DNA of 63,499 nt, counting the filler, from Octopus bimaculoides (taxonomy: Eukaryota), in NCBI RefSeq assembly GCF_001194135.2. It is 5 parts of 4 records of this genome, joined end to end, with 100 filler letters (N's around TTAATTAATTAA, not from the genome) between each part and the next. Parts side by side here need not be neighbours in the genome. Positions count along the whole stretch, not along the records: positions 22,333 to 30,650 come from NC_068982.1; positions 30,751 to 44,501 come from NW_026377290.1; 3 more parts are not named here. The stretch is one strand, 5' to 3'. The translations under genes were made by a program, and so were the position numbers. Within the stretch, counting starts at the first letter, position 1. Each line of letters opens with the position of its first letter. The notes beneath the pieces were generated by a model that was given only the letters and a program-made list of their open reading frames with translations, ran no database searches and was not told the DNA's origin. This document shows positions 26,084-38,727 of this stretch, piece after piece.

Positions 26084-27025
26084 TACATGTGTTTGTGTGT
26101 GAGAGTGTATGCGCGCGCGCGAGTGTGTGTGTGTGTGAATATGTAGGTATATTTCTACATATATATATGTATATATATGAATATATATATATACAGATAG
26201 ACATATATATATACGTACATATATACATAAATGTATGTATATATATGCATATACATNNNNNNNNNNNNNNNNNNNNNNNNNNNNNNNNNNNNNNNNNNNN
26301 NNNNNNNNNNNNNNNNNNNNNNNNNNNNNNNNNNNNNNNNNNNNNNNNNNNNNNNNNNNNNNNNNNNNNNNNNNNNNNNNNNNNNNNNNNNNNNNNNNNN
26401 NNNNNNNNNNNNNNNNNNNNNNNNNNNNNNNNNNNNNNNNNNNNNNNNNNNNNNNNNNNNNNNNNNNNNNNNNNNNNNNNNNNNNNNNNNNNNNNNNNNN
26501 NNNNNNNNNNNNNNNNNNNNNNNNNNNNNNNNNNNNNNNNNNNNNNNNNNNNNNNNNNNNNNNNNNNNNNNNNNNNNNNNNNNNNNNNNNNNNNNNNNNN
26601 NNNNNNNNNNNNNNNNNNNNNNNNNNNNNNNNNNNNNNNNNNNNNNNNNNNNNNNNNNNNNNNNNNNNNNNNNNNNNNNNNNNNNNNNNNNNNNNNNNNN
26701 NNNNNNNNNNNNNNNNNNNNNNNNNNNNNNNNNNNNNNNNNNNNNNNNNNNNNNNNNNNNNNNNNNNNNNNNNNNNNNNNNNNNNNNNNNNNNNNNNNNN
26801 NNNNNNNNNNNNNNNNNNNNNNNNNNNNNNNNNNNNNNNNNNNNNNNNNNNNNNNNNNNNNNNNNNNNNNNNNNNNNNNNNNNNNNNNNNNNNNNNNNNN
26901 NNNNNNNNNNNNNNNNNNNAGGAGAGAGATAGAGAGAAGGAGAGAGAGGGAGAAGATGGATTGTAGGCATTTGACACCTATCTATCTATCCATATATATA
27001 TATACGTATTTTTTTATGATAGATC

Positions 27026-27205
27026 GCTAGCCACTACACATTCTTTTTTCTCTCTCCTTGTTTCTTTCTGTGTTCCTTTCTATGGAAGAGCGTAGGCTTG
27101 AAACGTTAAAGACTTTTTCACTTCCCGAGCGTTATACTAATACATCTGTTTGTTATCTACACCACCTGTCTTCGTCTTTTTTTTTTTTTTTTGTAAATTC
27201 TCCCT
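27026..27205 (+). mobile_element. Interspersed repeat, probable Penelope-like terminal region
   Basis: Homologous to 41351-41497 on another scaffold; contains GAAGAGCGTAGGCT(C/T)GAAAC hairpin motif. Confidence 0.55.
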
Positions 27206-27453
27206 TTATATATATATAATTAATATATATAATTATATAAAACGTGTGTATGAATGAATATATATATATACGTATATAAATGTTTGCATATATAATATAT
27301 GAATGTTTATCTATATAATTAGACGAAATATATAAAATCATAATTTTCCCATATATATAAATACGCACACACACATACAAACACACATATATACATGTAA
27401 ACATAATATATGTAAAAAGATATATTTGTAAATACATACATAAACACATACAT

Positions 27454-27489
<36 letters not shown>

Positions 27490-27527
27490 GGTAATGTATA
27501 GACATGTATATGTAATATATCTGTGTA

Positions 27528-27559
<32 letters not shown>

Positions 27560-27664
27560 TATACACACACACACACACACACACTCACATACACGTATTT
27601 ATAGACATATCTATGCAACTATCTGTCATCTATGCCTCTCCCCCCCCCCTCTCTCTCTCTCTAT

Positions 27665-27698
<34 letters not shown>

Positions 27699-27720
27699 CT
27701 ATATATCAATGTATCTATAT

Positions 27721-27818
27721 TTTGCTTCCAAACCACATGCTTCCGGGTTTAGTTCAACTGCGTGGAACCTTGGGTAGATGTCTTCTATTATAGCCCCGGG
27801 CAGACGAAAACCCCGTTA
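27721..27818 (+). mobile_element. Degenerate SINE D 5' fragment
   Basis: TTGCTTCCAAACCACATG..GGAACCTTGGGTAGATGTCTTCTATTATAGCC. Confidence 0.75.
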
Positions 27819-28617
27819 NNNNNNNNNNNNNNNNNNNNNNNNNNNNNNNNNNNNNNNNNNNNNNNNNNNNNNNNNNNNNNNNNNNNNNNNNNNNNNNNNN
27901 NNNNNNNNNNNNNNNNNNNNNNNNNNNNNNNNNNNNNNNNNNNNNNNNNNNNNNNNNNNNNNNNNNNNNNNNNNNNNNNNNNNNNNNNNNNNNNNNNNNN
28001 NNNNNNNNNNNNNNNNNNNNNNNNNNNNNNNNNNNNNNNNNNNNNNNNNNNNNNNNNNNNNNNNNNNNNNNNNNNNNNNNNNNNNNNNNNNNNNNNNNNN
28101 NNNNNNNNNNNNNNNNNNNNNNNNNNNNNNNNNNNNNNNNNNNNNNNNNNNNNNNNNNNNNNNNNNNNNNNNNNNNNNNNNNNNNNNNNNNNNNNNNNNN
28201 NNNNNNNNNNNNNNNNNNNNNNNNNNNNNNNNNNNNNNNNNNNNNNNNNNNNNNNNNNNNNNNNNNNNNNNNNNNNNNNNNNNNNNNNNNNNNNNNNNNN
28301 NNNNNNNNNNNNNNNNNNNNNNNNNNNNNNNNNNNNNNNNNNNNNNNNNNNNNNNNNNNNNNNNNNNNNNNNNNNNNNNNNNNNNNNNNNNNNNNNNNNN
28401 NNNNNNNNNNNNNNNNNNNNNNNNNNNNNNNNNNNNNNNNNNNNNNNNNNNNNNNNNNNNNNNNNNNNNNNNNNNNNNNNNNNNNNNNNNNNNNNNNNNN
28501 NNNNNNNNNNNNNNNNNNNNNNNNNNNNNNNNNNNNNNNNNNNNNNNNNNNNNNNNNNNNNNNNNNNNNNNNNNNNNNNNNNNNNNNNNNNNNNNNNNNN
28601 NNNNNTATATATAGGCA

Positions 28618-28649
<32 letters not shown>

Positions 28650-28942
28650 GGCATATATCTGCGTTTGTGAATAAATTTATGTACTATATGTGTGTGTGTG
28701 CGTATGTGTGCGTGTATAAATATCTATGGTGTTTGTTTCGTGTATGCCTGTATGCCTCATAACTATTTGGCATCCAGTACTTGTTTGTTTATGTTCCAGT
28801 AATTTAGCGGTTCGTCGAAGATATCGACAGAATAAGTACCATACTCATAAAATAGGAATCGGCTTACATTTGTTCGACTAACACAATCCTTAAAGTAAAC
28901 GATACAGGGTATAGATAGATAGTTAGATAAATAAATAGACAA

Positions 28943-28995
<53 letters not shown>

Positions 28996-29006
28996 AAGAT
29001 AGATAG

Positions 29007-29395
29007 GTCGTCGTCGTGGTACTCCGTCGGTTACAACGTCACTGGTTCCAGTTGATCCGATCAACGGAACAGCCTGCTCGTGAAATTAACGTGCAAGTGG
29101 CTGAGCACTCCACAGACACGTCTACCCTTAACGTAATTCTCGGGGATATTCAGCGTGACACAGTATGACAAGGCTGACCCTTTGAATTACAGGCACAACG
29201 GAAACAGGAAGAAAGAGTGAGAGAAGGTTGTGGTGAAAGAGTACAGCAAGGTTCGCCACCATCCCCTGCCGGGGCCTCGTGGAGCTTTAGGTGTTTTCGC
29301 TCAATAAACGCTCAGAATGCCCGGTCTGGGAATCGAAACCACAATCCTACGACCGTGAGTCCGCTGCCCTAACCACTGGGCCATTGCGCCTCCAC
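29007..29395 (-). mobile_element. SINE family B, full length, (GAC)n tail
   Basis: Collinear with 19228 copy. Confidence 0.95.
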
Positions 29396-29795
29396 GGTAG
29401 GTAGGTAGATAGATAGATAGGCATTGATATATTTCTTTAAACTATTATATATCAGTTTTACCTTTGAAGATTCATCATGCGATCTTTAAATCTGAAAGTT
29501 TTACTCCACAGTGGTCCCATGCTCCCACCACATATATAGCTTCTCACACATATAAATNNNNNNNNNNNNNNNNNNNNNNNNNNNNNNNNNNNNNNNNNNN
29601 NNNNNNNNNNNNNNNNNNNNNNNNNNNNNNNNNNNNNNNNNNNNNNNNNNNNNNNNNNNNNNNNNNNNNNNNNNNNNNNNNNNNNNNNNNNNNNNNNNNN
29701 NNNNNNNNNNNNNNNNNNNNNNNNNNNNNNNNNNNNNNNNNNNNNNNNNNNNNNNNNNNNNNNNNNNNNNNNNNNNNNNNNNNNNNNNNNNNNNN

Positions 29796-29836
<41 letters not shown>

Positions 29837-29959
29837 GGCACCCTACGCGCGCGCGCATCTACGTTTTGGTATCGCAGTATGGTTAAAAAGTTTGCTTCGC
29901 AAACTTGTGCTTTCTGGTTTAGTCCTATAGCGTGGATTCTGCTCCTCGCTAGATACATA

Positions 29960-30414
29960 GGCACAGGAGTGGCTGTCTGGTAAACAGCTTGCTTTCCACC
30001 ACATCGTCCCAGGTTCCGTCCCACTGCATGGCAACTTGGGCAGGTGTCTTCTACTATAGCCTCGGGCCGACCAAAGCCTTGTGAGTGGATTTGGTAGAGA
30101 GACGCTGAAAGAAGCCTGTCGTATATGTGTGTGTGTGTCTGTGTGTGTGTGTGTTTGTGTGTGTGTGCATGTGTGCGCGTGCGTGTGTGTGTGCGTGTGT
30201 GTGTTTGCGTATCTCGGTTTGTCCCCCAACATCGCTTGACAAGCGATGTTGGTGTGTTTACGTCCCTGTAACTTAGCGGTTCCGAAAAAGAACCCGATAG
30301 AATAAGTGCTAGGCTTACAAAAGAATACGTCCTGGGCGTCGATTTGCTCGACTAAAGGCCGTGCTCTAGCATGGCCGCAGTCAAATGACTGAAACAAGTA
30401 CAAGAATAAAAGAA
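29960..30414 (+). mobile_element. SINE family D, full length with internal (TG)n
   Basis: tRNA-like head, GGCAACTTGGGCAGGTGTCTTC block, internal microsatellite about 30123-30205, AAGAATAAAAGAATA tail. Confidence 0.93.
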
Positions 30415-30559
30415 TACATATATTATGTATGTATGTATATATGTATGTATGTCTGTATGTCTGCATATATGTATGTACAAATATCTATATGTACCTGTCT
30501 ATCTATGTATGTATCTGTCTATCTATCTATTTATCTATCTATATAAATATGTATATATA

Positions 30560-30650
<91 letters not shown>

Positions 30651-30750
30651 NNNNNNNNNNNNNNNNNNNNNNNNNNNNNNNNNNNNNNNNNNNNTTAATT
30701 AATTAANNNNNNNNNNNNNNNNNNNNNNNNNNNNNNNNNNNNNNNNNNNN
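30651..30750. other. Scaffold-joining linker
   Basis: 44 N + TTAATTAATTAA (30695-30706) + 44 N. Confidence 0.95.
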
Positions 30751-30774
30751 TGTGTGTGTGTGTGTGTGTGTGTA

Positions 30775-31954
30775 CACAGACATGCAATAAGTAAATAGAC
30801 ACCTTTAATTTTCAAACTTTCTGATCTAAGCGTCTTAATATGTTTTCAGCGGTGTAGAATTTACAATGTAATTAATCTTTTTCATTCCAGGTACCATTAT
30901 ATTAAACATTTCCGAAGAGTAACCATGCCACGCACAAAAAATTCAGCAGACCTGTCAGATTTTCAAAGAGGTCGTATTGTTAGTCAATCTGAGGTTGGTC
31001 TTAGCCAGCGAAAAATTACCAAAAAACTTCACGTTCCTCTTACTACTGTCTATAGAATTATAGTGCTATTCAAGAGCTAAGGAAAAGAATCAACAGATTC
31101 TCGTCCCCGCCGACCTGGGTCATCGGAAAAGAAGCTTCGCTGTTTGAAGAGAATTGTGGAAAACGAACCCCGTCGAAGACTTGTGACATTGCAAAACAGC
31201 TAGAAGTTAGTCCAAGAATGTGTGTTATATATCTGTATAAGCATGGGTATTATGGACGAGCAGCTAGAAGAAAATCTCTCTTTCAACCAATTAACGTCAT
31301 GAATAGAAAGAAATGGGCTAAGGAGATGTCAGAAAAATCCAGTTCATTTTGGGATAGAGTGATTTTCTCAGATGAATCCAGATTTGCATTATTTGCACAC
31401 AGTGGACGTGTTTGGGTCTAGAGGCTTCCCAATCAAGAATTTGATTTGAAATGACTCTAACCAACTGTGAAACATGGCGGTATCTTTGTAATAGTATGGG
31501 GAGCTGTCACCAGCAATGGTTGTTCTGAGCTGATCGAATGTGTTCGAACGATAAACTCTGAAAAATGAAAAATACATCGAAATACTTAAGCAAGGACTAC
31601 TTCCGATGTATTCACACGATAACATAACGAAAAAATGAGTTTTTATTCATGGAAGATAGGGCTTCATGCCACACAGCGAAAAGGAATCAACAATGGCTGA
31701 CTGAAAATGGGATCAAAACGTTTCCTTAGCCGAGCCAATCTCCTGACATGAACCCAATTGAAAATCTTTGGAGCATACTAGATAGAGTTATATGAAAAAC
31801 TCGACAGAAACCTAAATCTAAAGATGAATTGTTTCGATTGATGCGTGAAAAGTGGTCAGAAATTCCACAAGAGACAATCACAAAGCTCAGCAGTTCAATG
31901 CAAAAGTGAGTTTCTGAATTAAAAACTGCAAAGGGAATGTTACCTAAATACTAA
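30775..31954 (+). mobile_element. Tc1 transposon with pseudogenised DD34E transposase (30925-31954)
   Basis: MPRTKNSADLSDFQRGRIV.., VIFSDESRF, FMEDRASCH, SPDMNPIENLW; second D (31655) and E (31760) are 35 codons apart; many stops/frameshifts; TA-CACAG.. probable left TIR, right TIR not found. Confidence 0.93.
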
Positions 31955-32580
31955 AGTATGTAGTCCTACCTATCGATTACGTCTCAATTGTTCGCTTTGC
32001 GTAGTAAATAAAAGATTATTATTTTCTTATTTTAATTCATATCCATTGTCTGGAAATCTTTCGCCACACGTCTGTGATCTCTTCAGCGACACTTCCCGTC
32101 CTTATGTGTGCATCCGGACAATGGACATGAGTTAAAGCAAGAACAATAATAAACAAGTGAAAAGCAAATATATAGTGTGCGTATTTATTTGGGCCAAAAA
32201 AAATAATAAATGAATAAAATGATCATACCGAAATACAACAATATCTGTTTCAACACACAGTTTCACATCAGGAGTTTTGCAACACAAATTCATAAACATA
32301 TGTATATATTTATATATATATTAGAAATGGAAACCAAAACAATAAATTGAACAATTAAATAATTTAATCATTCAATTTAATTTAATTATTTCATACAAAC
32401 AAATGACATCTCATAAATGACAGTTGTTTCAACTCCATTGATGAAAACAAGTTTTTCAAGAATAATAAAATATCGTTTAAATATAATGAGGCTTCATCAG
32501 ATTGACATATCATATTAAATATCTCACGAAAGATACATGCATACGTACATGCATATTCACATAGACAAGTTTGTTTTTAT

Positions 32581-32624
<44 letters not shown>

Positions 32625-33242
32625 NNNNNNNNNNNNNNNNNNNNNNNNNNNNNNNNNNNNNNNNNNNNNNNNNNNNNNNNNNNNNNNNNNNNNNNNNNNN
32701 NNNNNNNNNNNNNNNNNNNNNNNNNNNNNNNNNNNNNNNNNNNNNNNNNNNNNNNNNNNNNNNNNNNNNNNNNNNNNNNNNNNNNNNNNNNNNNNNNNNN
32801 NNNNNNNNNNNNNNNNNNNNNNNNNNNNNNNNNNNNNNNNNNNNNNNNNNNNNNNNNNNNNNNNNNNNNNNNNNNNNNNNNNNNNNNNNNNNNNNNNNNN
32901 NNNNNNNNNNNNNNNNNNNNNNNNNNNNNNNNNNNNNNNNNNNNNNNNNNNNNNNNNNNNNNNNNNNNNNNNNNNNNNNNNNNNNNNNNNNNNNNNNNNN
33001 NNNNNNNNNNNNNNNNNNNNNNNNNNNNNNNNNNNNNNNNNNNNNNNNNNNNNNNNNNNNNNNNNNNNNNNNNNNNNNNNNNNNNNNNNNNNNNNNNNNN
33101 NNNNNNNNNNNNNNNNNNNNNNNNNNNNNNNNNNNNNNNNNNNNNNNNNNNNNNNNNNNNNNNNNNNNNNNNNNNNNNNNNNNNNNNNNNNNNNNNNNNN
33201 NNNNNNNNNNNNNNNNNNNNNNNNNNNNNNNNNNNNNNNNNN

Positions 33243-33284
<42 letters not shown>

Positions 33285-34516
33285 GTGAGTTTGGAGGGAT
33301 ATATTAACCGGACAGATATCGTATTTGCTCTCTGTTAAGTTCCAGTTAACAGCTAACCACAACGATCAGTATTTGATGTCTGTGACTACAATATGTTGTT
33401 AGTCACTCTGAATTCTTCTGAGGGTAATTCCACGTACACTGGATGGTGAGAATTGTCTGGAGTATATATAATATGTAATATAAAGAAAAAAAAACAAATA
33501 CACTACCCAATGTATAACACAAATCATGAGCAGCCCAACCAATAAATAAATATAAACAAATATGAACTCTTCAGTACAAGCACTACACTCGAAATCAAAA
33601 ACGTAATACACAGAACCATTAAAATTAACAAAGAATCTTACAAAAAAAAAACACTAACCTAGACCTTGATCTATTTTAGACCAAGCCGTAACTTTGGACA
33701 GTGACTGGTGTGAATTTGAGGTTAGCAGCATATGCTTATAAATCTCTGTGTTCTCCCACAGAACACTAACAAAAATTTATTTTGAAAATTCCTGTGAAAA
33801 ATGACCGTTAAAAACAAAGGGAAATTACTGTGTAGTGACAAGGTCAAAACGCGTCTAAAACTGCGTATATTATCGCATGCACGCATATATCCATATACGC
33901 ACGCACATATCTCTATATACTCACGCATATATCTACATACGCACGTATCCACGCGCACACTCACAAGCGCGCACATATAAAGTTCCTTGTACGTGTCTAT
34001 AAGCGTACAGGAAAAAAGGGTGGAGGGGAGAAAACAGAAAAATATGTGTGGAAAAAATANNNNNNNNNNNNNNNNNNNNNNNNNNNNNNNNNNNNNNNNN
34101 NNNNNNNNNNNNNNNNNNNNNNNNNNNNNNNNNNNNNNNNNNNNNNNNNNNNNNNNNNNNNNNNNNNNNNNNNNNNNNNNNNNNNNNNNNNNNNNNNNNN
34201 NNNNNNNNNNNNNNNNNNNNNNNNNNNNNNNNNNNNNNNNNNNNNNNNNNNNNNNNNNNNNNNNNNNNNNNNNNNNNNNNNNNNNNNNNNNNNNNNNNNN
34301 NNNNNNNNNNNNNNNNNNNNNNNNNNNNNNNNNNNNNNNNNNNNNNNNNNNNNNNNNNNNNNNNNNNNNNNNNNNNNNNNNNNNNNNNNNNNNNNNNNNN
34401 NNNNNNNNNNNNNNNNNNNNNNNNNNNNNNNNNNNNNNNNNNNNNNNNNNNNNNNNNNNNNNNNNNNNNNNNNNNNNNNNNNNNNNNNNNNNNNNNNNNN
34501 NNNNNNNNNNNNNNNN

Positions 34517-34554
<38 letters not shown>

Positions 34555-34776
34555 TAAATATATAGAAATAATAATATACATTATATATATATATTTATAT
34601 ACATATATATATATATACACATATATATATAAAGAAAATATACAAGAATCGCCCATGTCAAATTTATATGTATAGATGATTAAACAGACAGAACACAACA
34701 AGGAGAAAAAGTTAGATGAAAGCAGAGCAAACAGGAAACAAAACGAAAACTTAGCATACGGAGAATATAGACAAAA

Positions 34777-35169
34777 ACACGATACACGGAATATTCGCAG
34801 CTGAATTTCCCTCGTCAGTCAATGACGAAAATATCATCGTGGTTTTGTCCCATTATCATTGAGACCTCTTAATGTTGGTGGTGCCAGTGCTGTTATTAAG
34901 CTACTGGGAAAAAGCTAGCGAATGTGTAATGAGACAGGAACAAACAAGACTTATATAAATACAACAGACGAATAATTATGCATATATAACAACGCGAAGA
35001 CTTACGACTATATACAGTGTACATTCACTGGTTTTTTCCTAGCAGCGTAATAACAACACTGGCATCACCAAGATTGAGTGGTCTCAATGATAATGGTGCG
35101 AAACCACGATGATATTTTCGTCATTGACTGACGAGGAAACTTCAGCTGCAAATATTCTGTGTATCATGT
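34777..35169. mobile_element. Foldback/MITE-like element with ~149-bp inverted arms
   Basis: 34777-34925 is the imperfect reverse complement of 35021-35169; 95-bp spacer. Confidence 0.8.
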
Positions 35170-35222
35170 CCTTGTCTCTATTCCCTGTCTGTTAAGTTTT
35201 CGTCTTGTTTCCTGTTTGCTCT

Positions 35223-35402
35223 GCTTGACAACTGATGTTGGTGTGTTTACGTCCCCGTAACTTCGTGGTCTAGCAAAAGAAACCGATAGAATAAGTACTA
35301 GGCTTACAAAGAATAAGGCCTGGAATTTATTTGTTCGACTAAAGTGGGTGCTCCAGCCTGGCCGCAGTGAAAGGACTAAAACAAATAAAAGAATGAAAGA
35401 AT
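35223..35402 (+). mobile_element. SINE family D 3' half
   Basis: GCTTGACAACTGATGTTGGTGTGTTTACGTCCCCG to AAAAGAATGAAAGAATA. Confidence 0.88.
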
Positions 35403-35423
35403 ATATATATAGATATATAAATA

Positions 35424-35455
35424 TAATAATAAATATAATAATAATAATAATAATA

Positions 35456-35529
<74 letters not shown>

Positions 35530-35545
35530 CATCATTATTATTATT
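35424..35545. repeat. (TAA)n switching to (TTA)n
   Basis: Directly visible; strand switch near 35457. Confidence 0.95.
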
Positions 35546-35664
35546 TTATGTTTGACTTTTGTTTTGCATTTGTACAAGTTGGATCCAAGTCTCACCCAGA
35601 GACCTCAAGAGACAACAAGTTAGAAGTTCATGTAGGTGTTATGCCTACGGTACCATATATTTGG
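35546..35664 (-). mobile_element. Probable LINE 3' UTR fragment embedded in (AAT)n
   Basis: Unique 119 bp flanked on both sides by same-orientation (AAT)n; family assignment inferred from neighbours only. Confidence 0.4.
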
Positions 35665-35698
35665 ATTTGTACAGATTATTATTATTATTATTATTATT

Positions 35699-36085
35699 AG
35701 GAAGCCGGACATAATCTTAATTGAGAAAGAAAACAAGCTATGCTGAATCATAGATATAGCATGCCCAACTGACAACAAGGTATGCGATAAGGAAGAAAGA
35801 AAAGTCGACAGATATGACAGGCTAGCTTGGGAAGTTAAGTAATAGTGGTCGATGAAAAAAGTAGCAATAGTACCAATAATTGTCGGAACCCTGAAAGCAG
35901 TGAGCAAAAATCTCGAGAAGTACATGGGACAAATAGGGGCTGCAATAACGGTGGAGCACTTTCAGAAAACGTCACTGTTTGGAACCGCTCGAATACTCCG
36001 GAAGGTGCTCAAAAAATAAGGTGTTACCTTAGCTCACTGGTAGTGAACAGCTGACACTGTAGTACATCTCCAGCGTTAGAAGCTG
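35699..36085 (+). mobile_element. R4/Dong-type LINE 3' fragment (restriction-like endonuclease and 3' UTR)
   Basis: RKPDIILIEKENKLC*IIDIACP..KVDRYDRL..VPIIVGTL..LFGTARILRKVL = PD-(D/E)xK RLE; then (TAC)n(TAA)n. Confidence 0.85.
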
Positions 36086-36096
36086 TGCAAAGGCAA

Positions 36097-36185
<89 letters not shown>

Positions 36186-36186
<1 letters not shown>

Positions 36187-36383
36187 GACCTGGAAATAGA
36201 GGTAACTCGAATGTGGAATCTAAAAACAGAAACAATTCCTATTATAGTAGGTGCCTTAGGTATAATAAAAAAATATTCAGACAAATACATAACAAAAACG
36301 CCAGGACTTAAAAATATATATAACATACAGAAAATTGCACTACTGGGCACTGCACACATCCTACGCAAAACACTTTCAATACA
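36186..36383 (+). mobile_element. Second R4/Dong-type family, ORF C-terminus
   Basis: DLEIEVTRMWNLKTETIPIIVGALG..QKIALLGTAHILRKTL. Confidence 0.85.
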
Positions 36384-37317
36384 NNNNNNNNNNNNNNNNN
36401 NNNNNNNNNNNNNNNNNNNNNNNNNNNNNNNNNNNNNNNNNNNNNNNNNNNNNNNNNNNNNNNNNNNNNNNNNNNNNNNNNNNNNNNNNNNNNNNNNNNN
36501 NNNNNNNNNNNNNNNNNNNNNNNNNNNNNNNNNNNNNNNNNNNNNNNNNNNNNNNNNNNNNNNNNNNNNNNNNNNNNNNNNNNNNNNNNNNNNNNNNNNN
36601 NNNNNNNNNNNNNNNNNNNNNNNNNNNNNNNNNNNNNNNNNNNNNNNNNNNNNNNNNNNNNNNNNNNNNNNNNNNNNNNNNNNNNNNNNNNNNNNNNNNN
36701 NNNNNNNNNNNNNNNNNNNNNNNNNNNNNNNNNNNNNNNNNNNNNNNNNNNNNNNNNNNNNNNNNNNNNNNNNNNNNNNNNNNNNNNNNNNNNNNNNNNN
36801 NNNNNNNNNNNNNNNNNNNNNNNNNNNNNNNNNNNNNNNNNNNNNNNNNNNNNNNNNNNNNNNNNNNNNNNNNNNNNNNNNNNNNNNNNNNNNNNNNNNN
36901 NNNNNNNNNNNNNNNNNNNNNNNNNNNNNNNNNNNNNNNNNNNNNNNNNNNNNNNNNNNNNNNNNNNNNNNNNNNNNNNNNNNNNNNNNNNNNNNNNNNN
37001 NNNNNNNNNNNNNNNNNNNNNNNNNNNNNNNNNNNNNNNNNNNNNNNNNNNNNNNNNNNNNNNNNNNNNNNNNNNNNNNNNNNNNNNNNNNNNNNNNNNN
37101 NNNNNNNNNNNNNNNNNNNNNNNNNNNNNNNNNNNNNNNNNNNNNNNNNNNNNNNNNNNNNNNNNNNNNNNNNNNNNNNNNNNNNNNNNNNNNNNNNNNN
37201 NNNNNNNNNNNNNNNNNNNNNNNNNNNNNNNNNNNNNNNNNNNNNNNNNNNNNNNNNNNNNNNNNNNNNNNNNNNNNNNNNNNNNNNNNNNNNNNNNNNN
37301 NNNNNNNNNNNNNNNNC

Positions 37318-37857
37318 CCACACGTGGATTCTCGAAACACTAGCCATAAACAAGGTGGCACCAATTATTATAAAATACATAAGGCACTCCATGAATAAAT
37401 GGCAGACAGTGCTACAGCTCCAAACAAAAGTGGGACTTGTGAAAACGAAAGCCATCCCCATTAGAAGAGGAACATTCCAGGGAGACACGCTCTCTCCACT
37501 CCTGTTCTGCCTGGCACTCACACCTTTAACTGAATTGCTAAATAGAACTGGATGAGGATACAAATGTTACGGCAAAATAGTCAGCCACCTTTTATATATG
37601 GATGACCTAAAATTATACACTAGAAATGACAAAGAGCTGGAAACACTACTACAGACAGGACATGGCTTTACCAAGGAAATAAATACGAAATTCGGATTAG
37701 AAAAATGTGCCAAAGCAACCCTGAAAAGAGGAAAATTAGTTAAATGTAGCAACATCACACTAGATAAAGCCAATGAAATAGGACAACTAGACGAAAGCCA
37801 GCCATACAAATATTTAGGAGTCAATGAACTAGATAGGATACAACACACACAAATGAA
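37318..37857 (+). pseudogene. R4/Dong-type reverse transcriptase fragment
   Basis: IRRGTFQGDTLSPLLFCLAL, HLLYMDDLKLY (37595-37606), FGLEKC, YKYLG; one in-frame stop; ends in (GAA)n. Confidence 0.92.
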
Positions 37858-38330
37858 AGAAGAAGAAGAAGAAGAAGAAGAAGAAGAAGAAGAAGAAGAA
37901 GAAGAAGAAGAAGAAGAAGAAGAAGAAGAANNNNNNNNNNNNNNNNNNNNNNNNNNNNNNNNNNNNNNNNNNNNNNNNNNNNNNNNNNNNNNNNNNNNNN
38001 NNNNNNNNNNNNNNNNNNNNNNNNNNNNNNNNNNNNNNNNNNNNNNNNNNNNNNNNNNNNNNNNNNNNNNNNNNNNNNNNNNNNNNNNNNNNNNNNNNNN
38101 NNNNNNNNNNNNNNNNNNNNNNNNNNNNNNNNNNNNNNNNNNNNNNNNNNNNNNNNNNNNNNNNNNNNNNNNNNNNNNNNNNNNNNNNNNNNNNNNNNNN
38201 NNNNNNNNNNNNNNNNNNNNNNNNNNNNNNNNNNNNNNNNNNNNNNNNNNNNNNNNNNNNNNNNNNNNNNNNNNNNNNNNNNNNNNNNNNNNNNNNNNNN
38301 NNNNNNNNNNNNNNNNNNNNNNNNNNNNNN

Positions 38331-38599
38331 CAAGACCAAAGCCTCCCCACCAGAAATTACCGAAAACATATAATGAAAAGAAACATAACAAGTAACTGTA
38401 GAATATGTGGAGATGGACAAGAAACAATAAATCATATTATCTCTGGTTGCACTACTGGGCACTGCACACATCCTACGCAAAACACTTTTAATACAGTAAC
38501 CATAAGAGCATCATAGCAAACCACAGCACATACCCAAGGCACACAGAGCTGCGCTCGGTAGTGAAGTGAAAGCACGTTATAAAAATAAAACTACTGAAC

Positions 38600-38600
<1 letters not shown>
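38331..38600 (+). mobile_element. R4/Dong-type 3' fragment: CCHC knuckle joined to C-terminus and 3' UTR
   Basis: QDQSLPTRNY..CRICGDGQETINHIISGC then LLGTAHILRKTL*; (AAT)n follows. Confidence 0.85.
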
Positions 38601-38641
<41 letters not shown>

Positions 38642-38727
38642 TTACAAAAAAGAATGAAACCTCGATATTAGATAAATAGAGGTTTATTTATATATGTTAT
38701 AATTTAGAACAAGTAGTGAAGTGTTGT

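Noticed and set aside
32170-32200. Right TIR of the Tc1 element
   Set aside because: GTGTGCGTATTTATTTGGGCC only weakly resembles the reverse complement of the left end.
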